Part shown: positions 7,112 through 14,737 of the stretch, piece after piece
Layout of the letters: the number at the start of each line of letters is the position of its first letter
How positions within the stretch are numbered: position 1 is the first letter of the stretch
Origin: an uncultured archaeon
GTDB lineage: Archaea > Nanobdellota > Nanobdellia > Pacearchaeales > GW2011-AR1
Direction of reading: 5' to 3'
Assembly (NCBI GenBank): GCA_963845205.1
Contig: CAWJRC010000004.1
Span: forward strand, 37,628 to 61,627
Length of the DNA stretch: 24,000 bases
Notes under the pieces: model-generated
Told to the model about the DNA's origin: nothing
Seen by the model: only the letters and a program-made list of their open reading frames with translations
Databases searched by the model: none
Translations under genes and position numbers: made by a program

Positions 7112-7806
7112 AACAAAATTCTGCAATTAATAAAGCAATAATTTTTGATTCAGGAACTTTGATAAGCTTTGCAATAAGCGGACTGCTGAATGAATTCAGG
7201 GAGCTAAAAAAAATATTCGGCGGAAAATTCCTGATAACAAAACAGGTTATGGCCGAAGTTGTTGACAAACCCCTGCAGATAAAAAGATTTGAGCTTGAAG
7301 CATTAAAGATTAATGAACTCGTTACAGACAAAGTTTTGGAGCTTCCTGCTGAATTTGGGATAGATGACAAGACCATTGCCAAAATGACAGATAATATTCT
7401 TAATGTGGCAAATAATACTTTTTATGGGCACGGAAATGCTATGCAGATTATCCATCTTGGGGAAACATCATGCCTGGCTCTCAGCACTTTGCTTAATGAA
7501 AGAAAAATTGAGAATGTAATTTCTGTAGATGAAAGAACAGTAAGAATGCTCTGCGAGAAGCCCGAAAATCTTTCACTGCTGTTCCAAAAAAAACTTCATA
7601 CTGACATAAATGCTAAAAAAGAAAATTTCAGTTTTTTTGCAAAATTCAGATTTATACGCTCAACTGAACTTGTTTATATCGCTTACAAAAAAGGGATCGT
7701 AAAACTTAAGAATCCGAAGATCCTTGATGCACTGCTTTATGCGATGAAATTCAACGGCTGTGCAATTTCCGATGAGGAAATTCTTGAAATCGAAAAGATG
7801 GGATAA
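7108..7806 (+). CDS. PIN-like (DUF3368-type) protein, enlarged
   Basis: 232 aa. IIFDSGTLISFA (Asp), VMAEVV (Glu), HLGETSCLALS (Glu), ISVDERTVRML (Asp-Glu), and C-terminal ELVYIAYKKGIV follow the DUF3368/PIN_3 order, with insertions. Confidence 0.6.
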   Translation: MKQNSAINKAIIFDSGTLISFAISGLLNEFRELKKIFGGKFLITKQVMAEVVDKPLQIKRFELEALKINELVTDKVLELPAEFGIDDKTIAKMTDNILNVANNTFYGHGNAMQIIHLGETSCLALSTLLNERKIENVISVDERTVRMLCEKPENLSLLFQKKLHTDINAKKENFSFFAKFRFIRSTELVYIAYKKGIVKLKNPKILDALLYAMKFNGCAISDEEILEIEKMG

Positions 7807-7813
7807 TATTAAA

Positions 7814-8575
7814 ATGAAAAAAGGAAATAACTCAATTGTAATAACTTCAATTATTGCAGGAACGATTATTGTGTTAGCTTTGCTGACTTTGCTTGTATTC
7901 ATTCCAATGTTTTCGACAGCTACAAATACTATAACTGTTGAAGGAACTTCAACAATCAAGGCAATGCCCGACCTTGTTGCTGTCTACTTTAACATACAGA
8001 CAAACGGAACAACAAGCTCAGCTGCAAATGACGCAAATACTGCAATTTATAACCAGCTTAAAAGTTCATTAATAAGTTTAGGCTTTAATGACAGCCAGAT
8101 TGGAACAGACAGCTACAGCATTTATCCAAATACTGTTTATGATAATACAGGAAAATCTTCAAGCAATGGCTATATCGCAGTGCATAGCGTTAAACTTGAA
8201 TTTTCTGCAAATGATACATCTCAGCTAAGCTCTGTGATTGATGCAGGGGCAAATGTAGGTGCAGGAGTTTCAACAATAGATTTTGAATTGAGCCCGGCTC
8301 TTCAAAGCCAGTATAAAGTGCAGGCTCTTCAGGCTGCTTCACAAGATGCAAAGATAAAAGCAGATGCTGTTGCAACAGGTTTCGGGAAAACTGCAGGCGT
8401 ATTGGTTTCTGTATCTGTAAACGATTTTAATTATGCACCCGGAGTAATCTATAATTCTGCATCAGGAGCTTCACCCATGTTAGCAAATGCAGGCGCAATT
8501 CAGGTTGCTACGAATCTTGTTCCGACAACACAGGATGTTACAGCAGATGTCAATGCAGTATACAGATTAGATTAA
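7814..8575 (+). CDS. SIMPL/DUF541-domain protein with N-terminal membrane anchor
   Basis: I prefer the ATG at 7814 (MKKGNNSIVITSIIAGTIIVLALL..., a TM segment) over the GTG at 7760, which overlaps the upstream gene. ITVEGTSTIKAMPDLVAVYF...GYIAVHSVKLEF...VIDAG...ALQAASQDAKIKADAVA fits the SIMPL pattern. Confidence 0.75.
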   Translation: MKKGNNSIVITSIIAGTIIVLALLTLLVFIPMFSTATNTITVEGTSTIKAMPDLVAVYFNIQTNGTTSSAANDANTAIYNQLKSSLISLGFNDSQIGTDSYSIYPNTVYDNTGKSSSNGYIAVHSVKLEFSANDTSQLSSVIDAGANVGAGVSTIDFELSPALQSQYKVQALQAASQDAKIKADAVATGFGKTAGVLVSVSVNDFNYAPGVIYNSASGASPMLANAGAIQVATNLVPTTQDVTADVNAVYRLD

Positions 8576-8577
8576 TT

Positions 8578-8853
8578 TTAACTGAACTTGCTTATTCTTT
8601 CCATCTTCGAAAATGGGAAAGGCCTTTTGTTCGAAACAAAAGTCATATACCTTATAAATTTGTACATTTCAGTGTTCCAATATTCACAGAATCCAGCTAA
8701 TCCTCTATTTCTTTTTCCGGTAAAAACAACAATAACCCAGTTTATCAAGGCAAGAATCCCAATTAATGCCTTCCAAACTCCGAGAATTATTCCGGTTACT
8801 ATCAAGACTAAAATCCTGAACCAAGCTTCTTTTCTTTCACTTTTTTTTGACAT
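8578..8853 (-). CDS. DUF4389-like small membrane protein
   Basis: 91 aa. Two TM segments plus INWVIVVFTGKRNRGLAGFCEYW...YMTFVSNKRPFPF, which resembles the DUF4389 signature (w..lftGryP.gl..f...Y..l.td.yPpF). Preferred over the mirror ORF on the plus strand. Confidence 0.65.
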   Translation of the reverse strand: MSKKSERKEAWFRILVLIVTGIILGVWKALIGILALINWVIVVFTGKRNRGLAGFCEYWNTEMYKFIRYMTFVSNKRPFPFSKMERISKFS

Positions 8854-8938
8854 ATAACTAGATTTTTTTTTGATTTATAAATATGACCTATTTTATACGA
8901 TTCAAAACTTTTATAAACAAACATTTTATTTTCTTTTC

Positions 8939-9370
8939 ATGACAATTACAAACGGGGACAAAGTTACCCTTGATTATGAAGGAAGATTTGAAGACGGAGA
9001 AATCTTTGACAGCTCAAAGCATGAAGATCATTCACATCCATTAACTTTTACTGTCGGAGAACATCAAGTTATCCCAGGATTTGAGAACGCAGTTATTGGA
9101 ATGAAAATTGAGGAAGAAAAAGAATTTTCAATTCCGCCTGAAGAAGCATACGGAATGCCTGATGACAGATTATTTCAGGAAGTTCCTATGAATGTTTTGC
9201 CTTCTGATCCCGAACCTCAGGTAGGAATGACATTGGTTATGCAGACTCCTCAGGGAAATATTCCTGCCATGATTTCTGAAATTAAGGAAGATTCGGTAAT
9301 CCTAAATTTGAATCATCCTCTTGCAGGCAAGACTTTAATTTTCAAAATAAAGGTTCTGAAAGTCGAATAA
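8939..9370 (+). CDS. FKBP-type peptidyl-prolyl cis-trans isomerase (SlyD-like, with IF insert)
   Basis: I prefer the ATG at 8939 (MTITNGDKVTLDYEGRFEDGEIFDSS) over the TTG at 8870. VIPGFENAVIGMK...EEAYG and ...LNLNHPLAGKTLIFKIKV are classic short-FKBP/SlyD motifs. Confidence 0.9.
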   Translation: MTITNGDKVTLDYEGRFEDGEIFDSSKHEDHSHPLTFTVGEHQVIPGFENAVIGMKIEEEKEFSIPPEEAYGMPDDRLFQEVPMNVLPSDPEPQVGMTLVMQTPQGNIPAMISEIKEDSVILNLNHPLAGKTLIFKIKVLKVE

Positions 9371-9390
9371 TTCTTTATAAGTCAAAAGGA

Positions 9391-9400
9391 TTAAAAATAG
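9391..9400 (+). promoter_or_regulatory. TATA-like box (TTAAAAATAG) upstream of tRNA-Trp
   Basis: Centred about 25 nt upstream of tRNA base 1 (9421) and preceded by purine-rich CAAAAGGA. The AT-rich context limits confidence. Confidence 0.3.
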
Positions 9401-9420
9401 ATTTCTTCTAATAATTTTAA

Positions 9421-9491
9421 GGGTGCATAGGCTAATGGTAGACTGGCTGCCTCCAGAGCAGCATATGGGGGTTCGATTCCCTCTGTGCCCA
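9421..9491 (+). tRNA. tRNA-Trp (anticodon CCA)
   Basis: Acceptor GGGTGCA/TGTGCCC (two G:U pairs). Anticodon stem GCTGC/GCAGC, loop CTCCAGA. T arm GGGGG-TTCGATT-CCCTC. Discriminator A. No intron and no CCA. The D stem (GGCT/GACT) is weak. Confidence 0.8.
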
Positions 9492-9525
9492 TAAGTGTTA
9501 AAAATAAGCATTATTTGATTATTAT

Positions 9526-9894
9526 ATGAAGAGAGGAGTAAAATCTGTAAATAAAAATGCAGTCAAGCAAAAAGAGCTTTTAATAATATTTTTAATTATA
9601 CTGATCTGCCTTATTTTTTTGGTCGCATTTTTTGCATTTGATTCATACAAGGATTATTCTTCATTTAGAATCTATAAAAATTATCTAAAAAATAACTCTT
9701 CCATTGAAATACAATCATGGATGACCCCTTATACTGTTTTAAGACATTTTAATATAACACAGGAAGATTTATTCAAGACATTGAATACGACTAACAGCAC
9801 TTTAAATTTTAGAAAACAAATCTCTTCTATCTGTTCAGAGAAAAAGGAAAACTGCACTTTAATTGTAGAAGAATTAAACAGCAAGGTGAAATAA
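9526..9894 (+). CDS. Hypothetical membrane-anchored protein (122 aa)
   Basis: One N-terminal TM segment (LLIIFLIILICLIFLVAFFAF). The stop overlaps the next ATG by 1 nt (TAATG at 9892-9896). Confidence 0.6.
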   Translation: MKRGVKSVNKNAVKQKELLIIFLIILICLIFLVAFFAFDSYKDYSSFRIYKNYLKNNSSIEIQSWMTPYTVLRHFNITQEDLFKTLNTTNSTLNFRKQISSICSEKKENCTLIVEELNSKVK

Positions 9895-10532
9895 TGTTAA
9901 TGGATCTTTCTGCATTGTTAAACAATGCATACAGTTATGCTGGCCTGTTTCTTCTGGTCTTCGCTTCTTCTGTTGTGCTTATACCCTGGACCAGCGTGTT
10001 TGTAGCCTCATTTGCCGCTTTTGTAAAAAGCGTAAACGGGCTTATTTACTTGAGCTTATTTGTTTTAGTCGCAAGCATTCTCGGAGATTTGTCTGTTTAT
10101 TTTGTAACAAGAAAATTTTCTAACCCTGTAGAGAAATGGCTGAAAAGATTTAAGTGGTATTCAAAGAATCAGGAAAAAATCAGGAATACACTGAACAAAT
10201 ACAGTTTCATATTCATTTTCCTAACAAGATTTTTGATTACAGGGGCAGGGCTGGTCTTAAACTATATAAGCGGTATAGAAAAGGTAGAGAGAAAGAAATT
10301 TATCAGTGCAGTAATTCTCGGGCAGATAGTAGCTGTACTGATGGCTACTTTGACCGGATATTTGTTCAAAGATACATGGACAGTACTTCTGGATGCTATA
10401 CAAGACTCCTTGATTACACTTTTTATATTCTTAATATCTGTATTCTTAATATACCAAATAATAAAATTCTATAAAAAAAGAAAAAAGGAGATTATGAGAG
10501 ATCTTGCTATTCTGGGGGAAATTATTCCTTAA
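9894..10532 (+). CDS. DedA/VTT (SNARE-associated) family membrane protein
   Basis: 212 aa, multi-TM. GDLSVYFVTRKF and the downstream loop/TM pattern are typical of DedA. Confidence 0.75.
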   Translation: MLMDLSALLNNAYSYAGLFLLVFASSVVLIPWTSVFVASFAAFVKSVNGLIYLSLFVLVASILGDLSVYFVTRKFSNPVEKWLKRFKWYSKNQEKIRNTLNKYSFIFIFLTRFLITGAGLVLNYISGIEKVERKKFISAVILGQIVAVLMATLTGYLFKDTWTVLLDAIQDSLITLFIFLISVFLIYQIIKFYKKRKKEIMRDLAILGEIIP

Positions 10533-10574
10533 TTTCCGATAAGCATATAAATATTATTTTTTGTTAATTACAAT

Positions 10575-11162
10575 ATGGCCCCTGAAGAAATAATTAGCAT
10601 AAATAAAAGCAGTACTGCTCTCGTAATTATAGATTTGCAGAGAGGCATAACCGGAAGGAAGACTGCGCCTTATGACTCGGATGTTGTAATTTCAAATGCT
10701 GCAAGTCTTGCAGAAGAATTCAGAAGGAATAAAATGCCTGTATTCTTGGTGCATGTAGTTGCAAATGAATTTGACAGGCTCAAACCAGTAGCAGATGATT
10801 CCATGAGGATGACAGGACCGATGCCAAAAGACTGGGCAGATTTTGTGCCGGAGTTAAATCTAACTTCTGAAGACATAATAATAACAAAGAAACAGTGGGG
10901 GGCATTTTATGGAACTGATCTTGATCTGCAATTAAGAAGGAGAAAAATAGATACAATAGTATTATGCGGAATATCCACCAATATAGGCGTTGAGAGCACT
11001 GCGCGATTTGCATATGAATACGGATATAACCAAATCTTTGTTGAAGATGCCATGACTGCTATGCTTGAAGAAGAACATAACAACACTGTAAATTATATAT
11101 TCAAAAAAATCGGGCTGGTAAGAAAAACTGATGATATAATCCAAAGTTTGCAATTTGAATAA
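10575..11162 (+). CDS. Isochorismatase-family cysteine hydrolase
   Basis: 195 aa. The catalytic triad is in context: ALVIIDLQ (Asp), IIITKKQWGAFYGTDLD (Lys), TIVLCGISTNIGVESTAR (Cys). Confidence 0.85.
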   Translation: MAPEEIISINKSSTALVIIDLQRGITGRKTAPYDSDVVISNAASLAEEFRRNKMPVFLVHVVANEFDRLKPVADDSMRMTGPMPKDWADFVPELNLTSEDIIITKKQWGAFYGTDLDLQLRRRKIDTIVLCGISTNIGVESTARFAYEYGYNQIFVEDAMTAMLEEEHNNTVNYIFKKIGLVRKTDDIIQSLQFE

Positions 11163-11193
11163 TTTATAAATCTCAAAAACTTTATGCCTCAAG

Positions 11194-11955
11194 ATGATTT
11201 CATTATTTCAGGCTTTTATTTACAGCATTGTTCAGGGAATAACAGAGTGGCTTCCTGTTAGCAGCTCTGCGCATATAGCTCTCCTACAAAATATTTTCGG
11301 ATTTCAGAGCCTTCCGTTTATTGTATTTCTCCAATTTGCCAGCATTCTCGCAGTTATTTTTGTATTCTGGAAGGATATTATAAAATTGTTTAATTTCAAG
11401 AATAAAGAAAATCTGAAATATTGGGGACTACTGATTGTAGCTTTAATCCCTGTTGTAATTGTAGGGTACTTCTTCGAACATCTTAGACTGCAGCTTTCAA
11501 CTTTTTTCTATATGGGAATATTTTTCATGATAAGCGGGGTCATTGTTTATTCAACTAAATTCATGCATCATAAAGAAGGAAAAAAATTGAATTGGCTTGA
11601 TTCTATTTTTATCGGATTAGTCCAGGTTATTTCACTTTTTCCCGGCATTTCAAGGAGCGGTTCAACAATCTCTGCAGGAATGTTCAGGGGAATAAAGCGG
11701 GAAGATGCCGTGAAATTCTCATTTCTTCTCGCAATTCCAACAATACTCGGAGCTTCTGTATTTGAAGTAGGGAAACTTGCTTTGCAAAATATTAGTTATT
11801 CTGTTTTAATCGGGACTTTTATCATCACATTTATTGTGAGCATAGTTGCAATAAAAATACTTTTAAGAATTGTAAAGAGCGATAAGTTTTACCTCTTCGG
11901 CATTTATGACTTCATTATTGGATTAGCAGCACTTACATATTCTTTAATTCATTAA
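11194..11955 (+). CDS. uppP: Undecaprenyl/polyprenyl-diphosphatase (BacA/UppP)
   Basis: 253 aa, polytopic. GITEWLPVSSSAHIALL and PGISRSGSTISAGMFRG are the two UppP signature motifs. Confidence 0.9.
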   Translation: MISLFQAFIYSIVQGITEWLPVSSSAHIALLQNIFGFQSLPFIVFLQFASILAVIFVFWKDIIKLFNFKNKENLKYWGLLIVALIPVVIVGYFFEHLRLQLSTFFYMGIFFMISGVIVYSTKFMHHKEGKKLNWLDSIFIGLVQVISLFPGISRSGSTISAGMFRGIKREDAVKFSFLLAIPTILGASVFEVGKLALQNISYSVLIGTFIITFIVSIVAIKILLRIVKSDKFYLFGIYDFIIGLAALTYSLIH

Positions 11956-12558
11956 TTATTTCAAAAGTAGCTTTTTCTTGAAATGTTCTTCACCCACTTT
12001 CCAGATACCATAAGTAATGAACAAAGCTCCGACAATATCAATTGTATAATGCCCCTTGCTTAATATTAGGGAGATTATTTCAAGTATCGTGAGAATGAAG
12101 AGATAAATTTTCCATTTTTTTGATTTACTATTCAGCGTAAATAAGAACAGCAAGAATATTGTTCCGACATGCCCGCTTGGGAACATTGCACCGCTAGGCA
12201 TAAGCACAAAGTTAAGGCCTCCGGGATTCGGTGCCGGATTTGCTAAGGGGGTAACATAAACAAGTGCCGCCCTTATAAGAGCATAAGTTCCTATCATCAC
12301 GGCATAAAATGGAAGTTCTTTCCATTTTTTTTCTGAAAATAAAAAAATAATAAAAGAAGCAATTGCAAGAAGAACTAGAACATCGCACAGCCATAATATA
12401 TTCAGATAAGGAGTGTGATCAAGTATGAAATCCGGGATAATTGTAAGGTTTGGAGGATAAAACTTAGAGATATTCAGGGCAATATATTCCTCTATGCCCA
12501 GAGAAATAATCATGAAAATAAATGCCAGAATTAATTTTTTTATGTTTTCCTTTTTCAT
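11956..12558 (-). CDS. PAP2-superfamily membrane protein, PAP2_C / sphingomyelin-synthase-like type
   Basis: 200 aa, about 6 TM segments. C2 motif FPSGHVG and C3 motif SKGHYTIDIVGA (HYTxDV type). The stop codon abuts the uppP stop with no spacer. Confidence 0.7.
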   Translation of the reverse strand: MKKENIKKLILAFIFMIISLGIEEYIALNISKFYPPNLTIIPDFILDHTPYLNILWLCDVLVLLAIASFIIFLFSEKKWKELPFYAVMIGTYALIRAALVYVTPLANPAPNPGGLNFVLMPSGAMFPSGHVGTIFLLFLFTLNSKSKKWKIYLFILTILEIISLILSKGHYTIDIVGALFITYGIWKVGEEHFKKKLLLK

Positions 12559-12620
12559 GTTAAATCATAGGGAATTAAAAAATATAACCTTTATAATCTT
12601 GATGGAAGAAAGGTCCCTGT

Positions 12621-13679
12621 TCAGTCTTTTATATGGTTAATTTTTTCAAGAATGTCTTCAGACTTTTCTTCTCCGAAAAAAGGAATCAACTCTTCTTTTT
12701 TTAGATCTAATATTGAGGCTAAATTCTTAAAATTCTTCACAAGAACACCAATATCCTCTTCTGAAATTCCTGTCCTCTCTAAAATCCTGTGCCCTTTGGC
12801 CAATGCAACTTCTGATTCATCTGACAGGCCCAAACACTGCCTGATATTTTCAATTTCCAATAATTCTTCATAGCTTAATGAGTAAAGAATTTTTTTTGAT
12901 TTTGAAAATCCTATTTTTGAATAATCTTTTACAACTTCATCAACTTCTTTTTCAACGTGATATAACAGTTCCTTTAACCTGGACCTTACTATTATGCCTT
13001 CTACCCCGAGTTCAATAAGATAGCCCTTCATTGTTTCTGAGATTTTAAGAATCATAACCCCCCTCTGTATAAGCAACAGCGCCCTGGTCAGCTTGGGTTT
13101 CTTCTTTAATTCTTCCAGATCCAGCTCATTTTTGTTCTCGTCAAAAATATCCCTGTGCTTCTCAAGGATCTGCAATGTTCCTGTAGCCCTTCTTATAATG
13201 TCATTTGTGTCTTTTATCACATATTTGAGATTTTTATAAAACAAGGAAATCTCGTCTCTTCTCTGAGAGACTGCAATTACAATTGTCCCGGCCTGTTTTG
13301 CGGTTCTCTCTGCTGCCTTATGCCTTGTTCCTGTTTCATTTGAAGGTATTGAATTGTTTGGCGTAAAAAGAACATTTGCGTAAAGAATTTTTTTAAAATC
13401 CTTAGAAAGAATTATGCCTCCGTCCATCTTGCACAATTCAATAACTCTCTGGGGGGTGAATCTTGAATTAATCTTAAACCCGCCCTCAAAAATATTTTCA
13501 ACTGAATCGTTATGGGCGACTATTATCCCTCCGGTTTTTGCTTTCTGGACGCCTTCAATGGCTGTCCTGAGCAATGTTCCTGGAGATATTAATTTCAGAA
13601 CATCTGTAATCTCTTCTTTCTTAATCTCTTCTTTTTTCTCTACCAGCTTTATCTGAATTTCTTTTTTTTCCTCTTCCAT
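12621..13679 (-). CDS. disA: DisA-type diadenylate cyclase (DNA integrity scanning protein)
   Basis: Full-length collinear with bacterial DisA by eye. N-terminal DAC domain: ISPGTLLRTAIEGV, TGGIIV, CKMDGGIILS, IPSNETGTRHKAAERTAKQAGTIVIAVSQRR. This is followed by a helical linker and a C-terminal HhH-like end. I prefer the ATG at 13679 because a TATA-like AAAATATTTAAAGA (13707-13720) abuts the longer ORF start at 13706. Confidence 0.85.
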   Translation of the reverse strand: MEEEKKEIQIKLVEKKEEIKKEEITDVLKLISPGTLLRTAIEGVQKAKTGGIIVAHNDSVENIFEGGFKINSRFTPQRVIELCKMDGGIILSKDFKKILYANVLFTPNNSIPSNETGTRHKAAERTAKQAGTIVIAVSQRRDEISLFYKNLKYVIKDTNDIIRRATGTLQILEKHRDIFDENKNELDLEELKKKPKLTRALLLIQRGVMILKISETMKGYLIELGVEGIIVRSRLKELLYHVEKEVDEVVKDYSKIGFSKSKKILYSLSYEELLEIENIRQCLGLSDESEVALAKGHRILERTGISEEDIGVLVKNFKNLASILDLKKEELIPFFGEEKSEDILEKINHIKD

Positions 13680-13756
13680 TTTAAAACGAAAAAAGTATAA
13701 CAGCATTCTTTAAATATTTTTATGTGAATTAATCAGTGAAAATCGGGCAAGAAAAT

Positions 13757-14497
13757 TCAGCCGGTCAGATTTTTTATTTTTCCGAAATGATAAGATTCAT
13801 CTTCCCCGATTACGTAAACATCGAAATTCATAAGGCTCTTTTTCGGGATTATTGAAAAATAATCCTCATACTCGTATTCCAAAGAGTTTACAGATGTTCC
13901 TTCTGTTGTTGCAAGAAAGCTTGGGAGAATTATCACTTCTTTAGTCTTGAATTTGCCGATGAGAAAGCATTTGTATTTTTCCTTTTTTATCTGGCTTTTT
14001 TCTGTAAGCGTAATCGAGGGGTGAAGATGTCCCATAACAATTATTTTTATTTTCTTGTCAAGGATTTCTGGAAAAAGCTCATGCCCGTGAGTAAAAATAA
14101 TGTCATGGTCAATATAATAATCCTGCAGCCTGTCTGAAAAAGAATAATCAATTGTGTCATGATTCCCCTTTATCAGAATTATGTCTTTATCATCAATGTA
14201 TTCCCTGAGAAATCTCAGGATTTCGTTAAAATAATTTTTTTCCTTCCATTCATAGGAAAATGAATGTTTTATATCTCCTATAAAAATTATTTTTTTTAAT
14301 TCCAGCTTTCTTTTTTTTAGTTCGTTGAAAGTATCTCTTAGCTCATCTTTAATTTCCTTTACCTGAGTTTCCGGGACAAGAATTCCTGACTGCTGAAACC
14401 GGTATTCATAACCCAGATGCAGATCTCCAACTGCCAAAATTCCTTTTTTAGGGAAAAATAAGGTTTTTCCGATGAAGATATAATCCTGTTTTTTCAT
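13757..14497 (-). CDS. Metallophosphoesterase, SbcD/Mre11-related (PdeM / TIGR00024-like)
   Basis: 246 aa. All calcineurin-like motifs are present: VGDLHLG, FIGDIKH, KGNHD, FTHGH, MGHLHP. The long loop after DLHLG (YEYRFQQSGILVP) is typical of the ligase-associated PdeM-like group. Confidence 0.85.
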   Translation of the reverse strand: MKKQDYIFIGKTLFFPKKGILAVGDLHLGYEYRFQQSGILVPETQVKEIKDELRDTFNELKKRKLELKKIIFIGDIKHSFSYEWKEKNYFNEILRFLREYIDDKDIILIKGNHDTIDYSFSDRLQDYYIDHDIIFTHGHELFPEILDKKIKIIVMGHLHPSITLTEKSQIKKEKYKCFLIGKFKTKEVIILPSFLATTEGTSVNSLEYEYEDYFSIIPKKSLMNFDVYVIGEDESYHFGKIKNLTG

Positions 14498-14547
14498 GTT
14501 TTTAAGAAGAGGGCAATATTTTTAAATCTTAAACTGCCATTAAAAAT

Positions 14548-14700
14548 ATGGTTTGCCTAAACAAAATTCTGCAGGATCAGCCGGAATTAAAAATTGCTGA
14601 AAAAGGAATCAAAGGAGAAGAAAATTTTTATATCTCGTGCCAGTTGTGTAATGGGTATAATACTTCCTGTTCTGAATATACTTTTAAGAAGAAAGAATAA
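14548..14700 (+). CDS. Possible small Cys-containing protein (50 aa, below the ORF-track cut-off)
   Basis: MVCLNKILQDQPELKIAEKGIKGEENFYISCQLCNGYNTSCSEYTFKKKE. An ATG lies about 25 nt downstream of TTTTTAAATC (about 14518-14527), the geometry expected for a leaderless mRNA. It fills a 240-bp divergent spacer. No homology recognised. Confidence 0.3.
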   Translation: MVCLNKILQDQPELKIAEKGIKGEENFYISCQLCNGYNTSCSEYTFKKKE

Positions 14701-14737
14701 TCCTAAAATTAATAAACTCCCGAGATTATTTATCTGA

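Noticed and set aside
6945-7959. ORFs 6945-7130 (+), 7080-7382 (-) and 7660-7959 (-)
   Set aside because: They lie in alternative frames or antisense to the HTH, PIN-like and SIMPL genes, have no motifs, and each is fully explained by the better-supported gene.
8588-8857. 89-aa plus-strand ORF that almost exactly mirrors 8578-8853
   Set aside because: The minus-strand translation has two clean TM helices and a DUF4389-like C-terminal signature. The plus-strand translation has neither. Only one of the two can be real.
10154-11192. ORFs 10154-10474 (+), 10670-10876 (-), 10780-11013 (-) and 10962-11192 (-)
   Set aside because: They overlap the DedA and isochorismatase genes in other frames or on the other strand, and nothing in them is recognisable.
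12559-12620. Intrinsic terminator hairpin between disA and the PAP2-like gene
   Set aside because: I could not identify a convincing stem-loop followed by a T-run. The spacer looks instead like a TATA-containing promoter (ATTATAAAGG on the minus strand) for the PAP2-like gene.
12212-13656. ORF 12212-12394 (-, alternative frame within the PAP2 gene) and ORFs 12652-12873, 13155-13343 and 13414-13656 (+, antisense to disA)
   Set aside because: These are shadow ORFs within the PAP2-like gene and disA, both of which have family-specific motifs.
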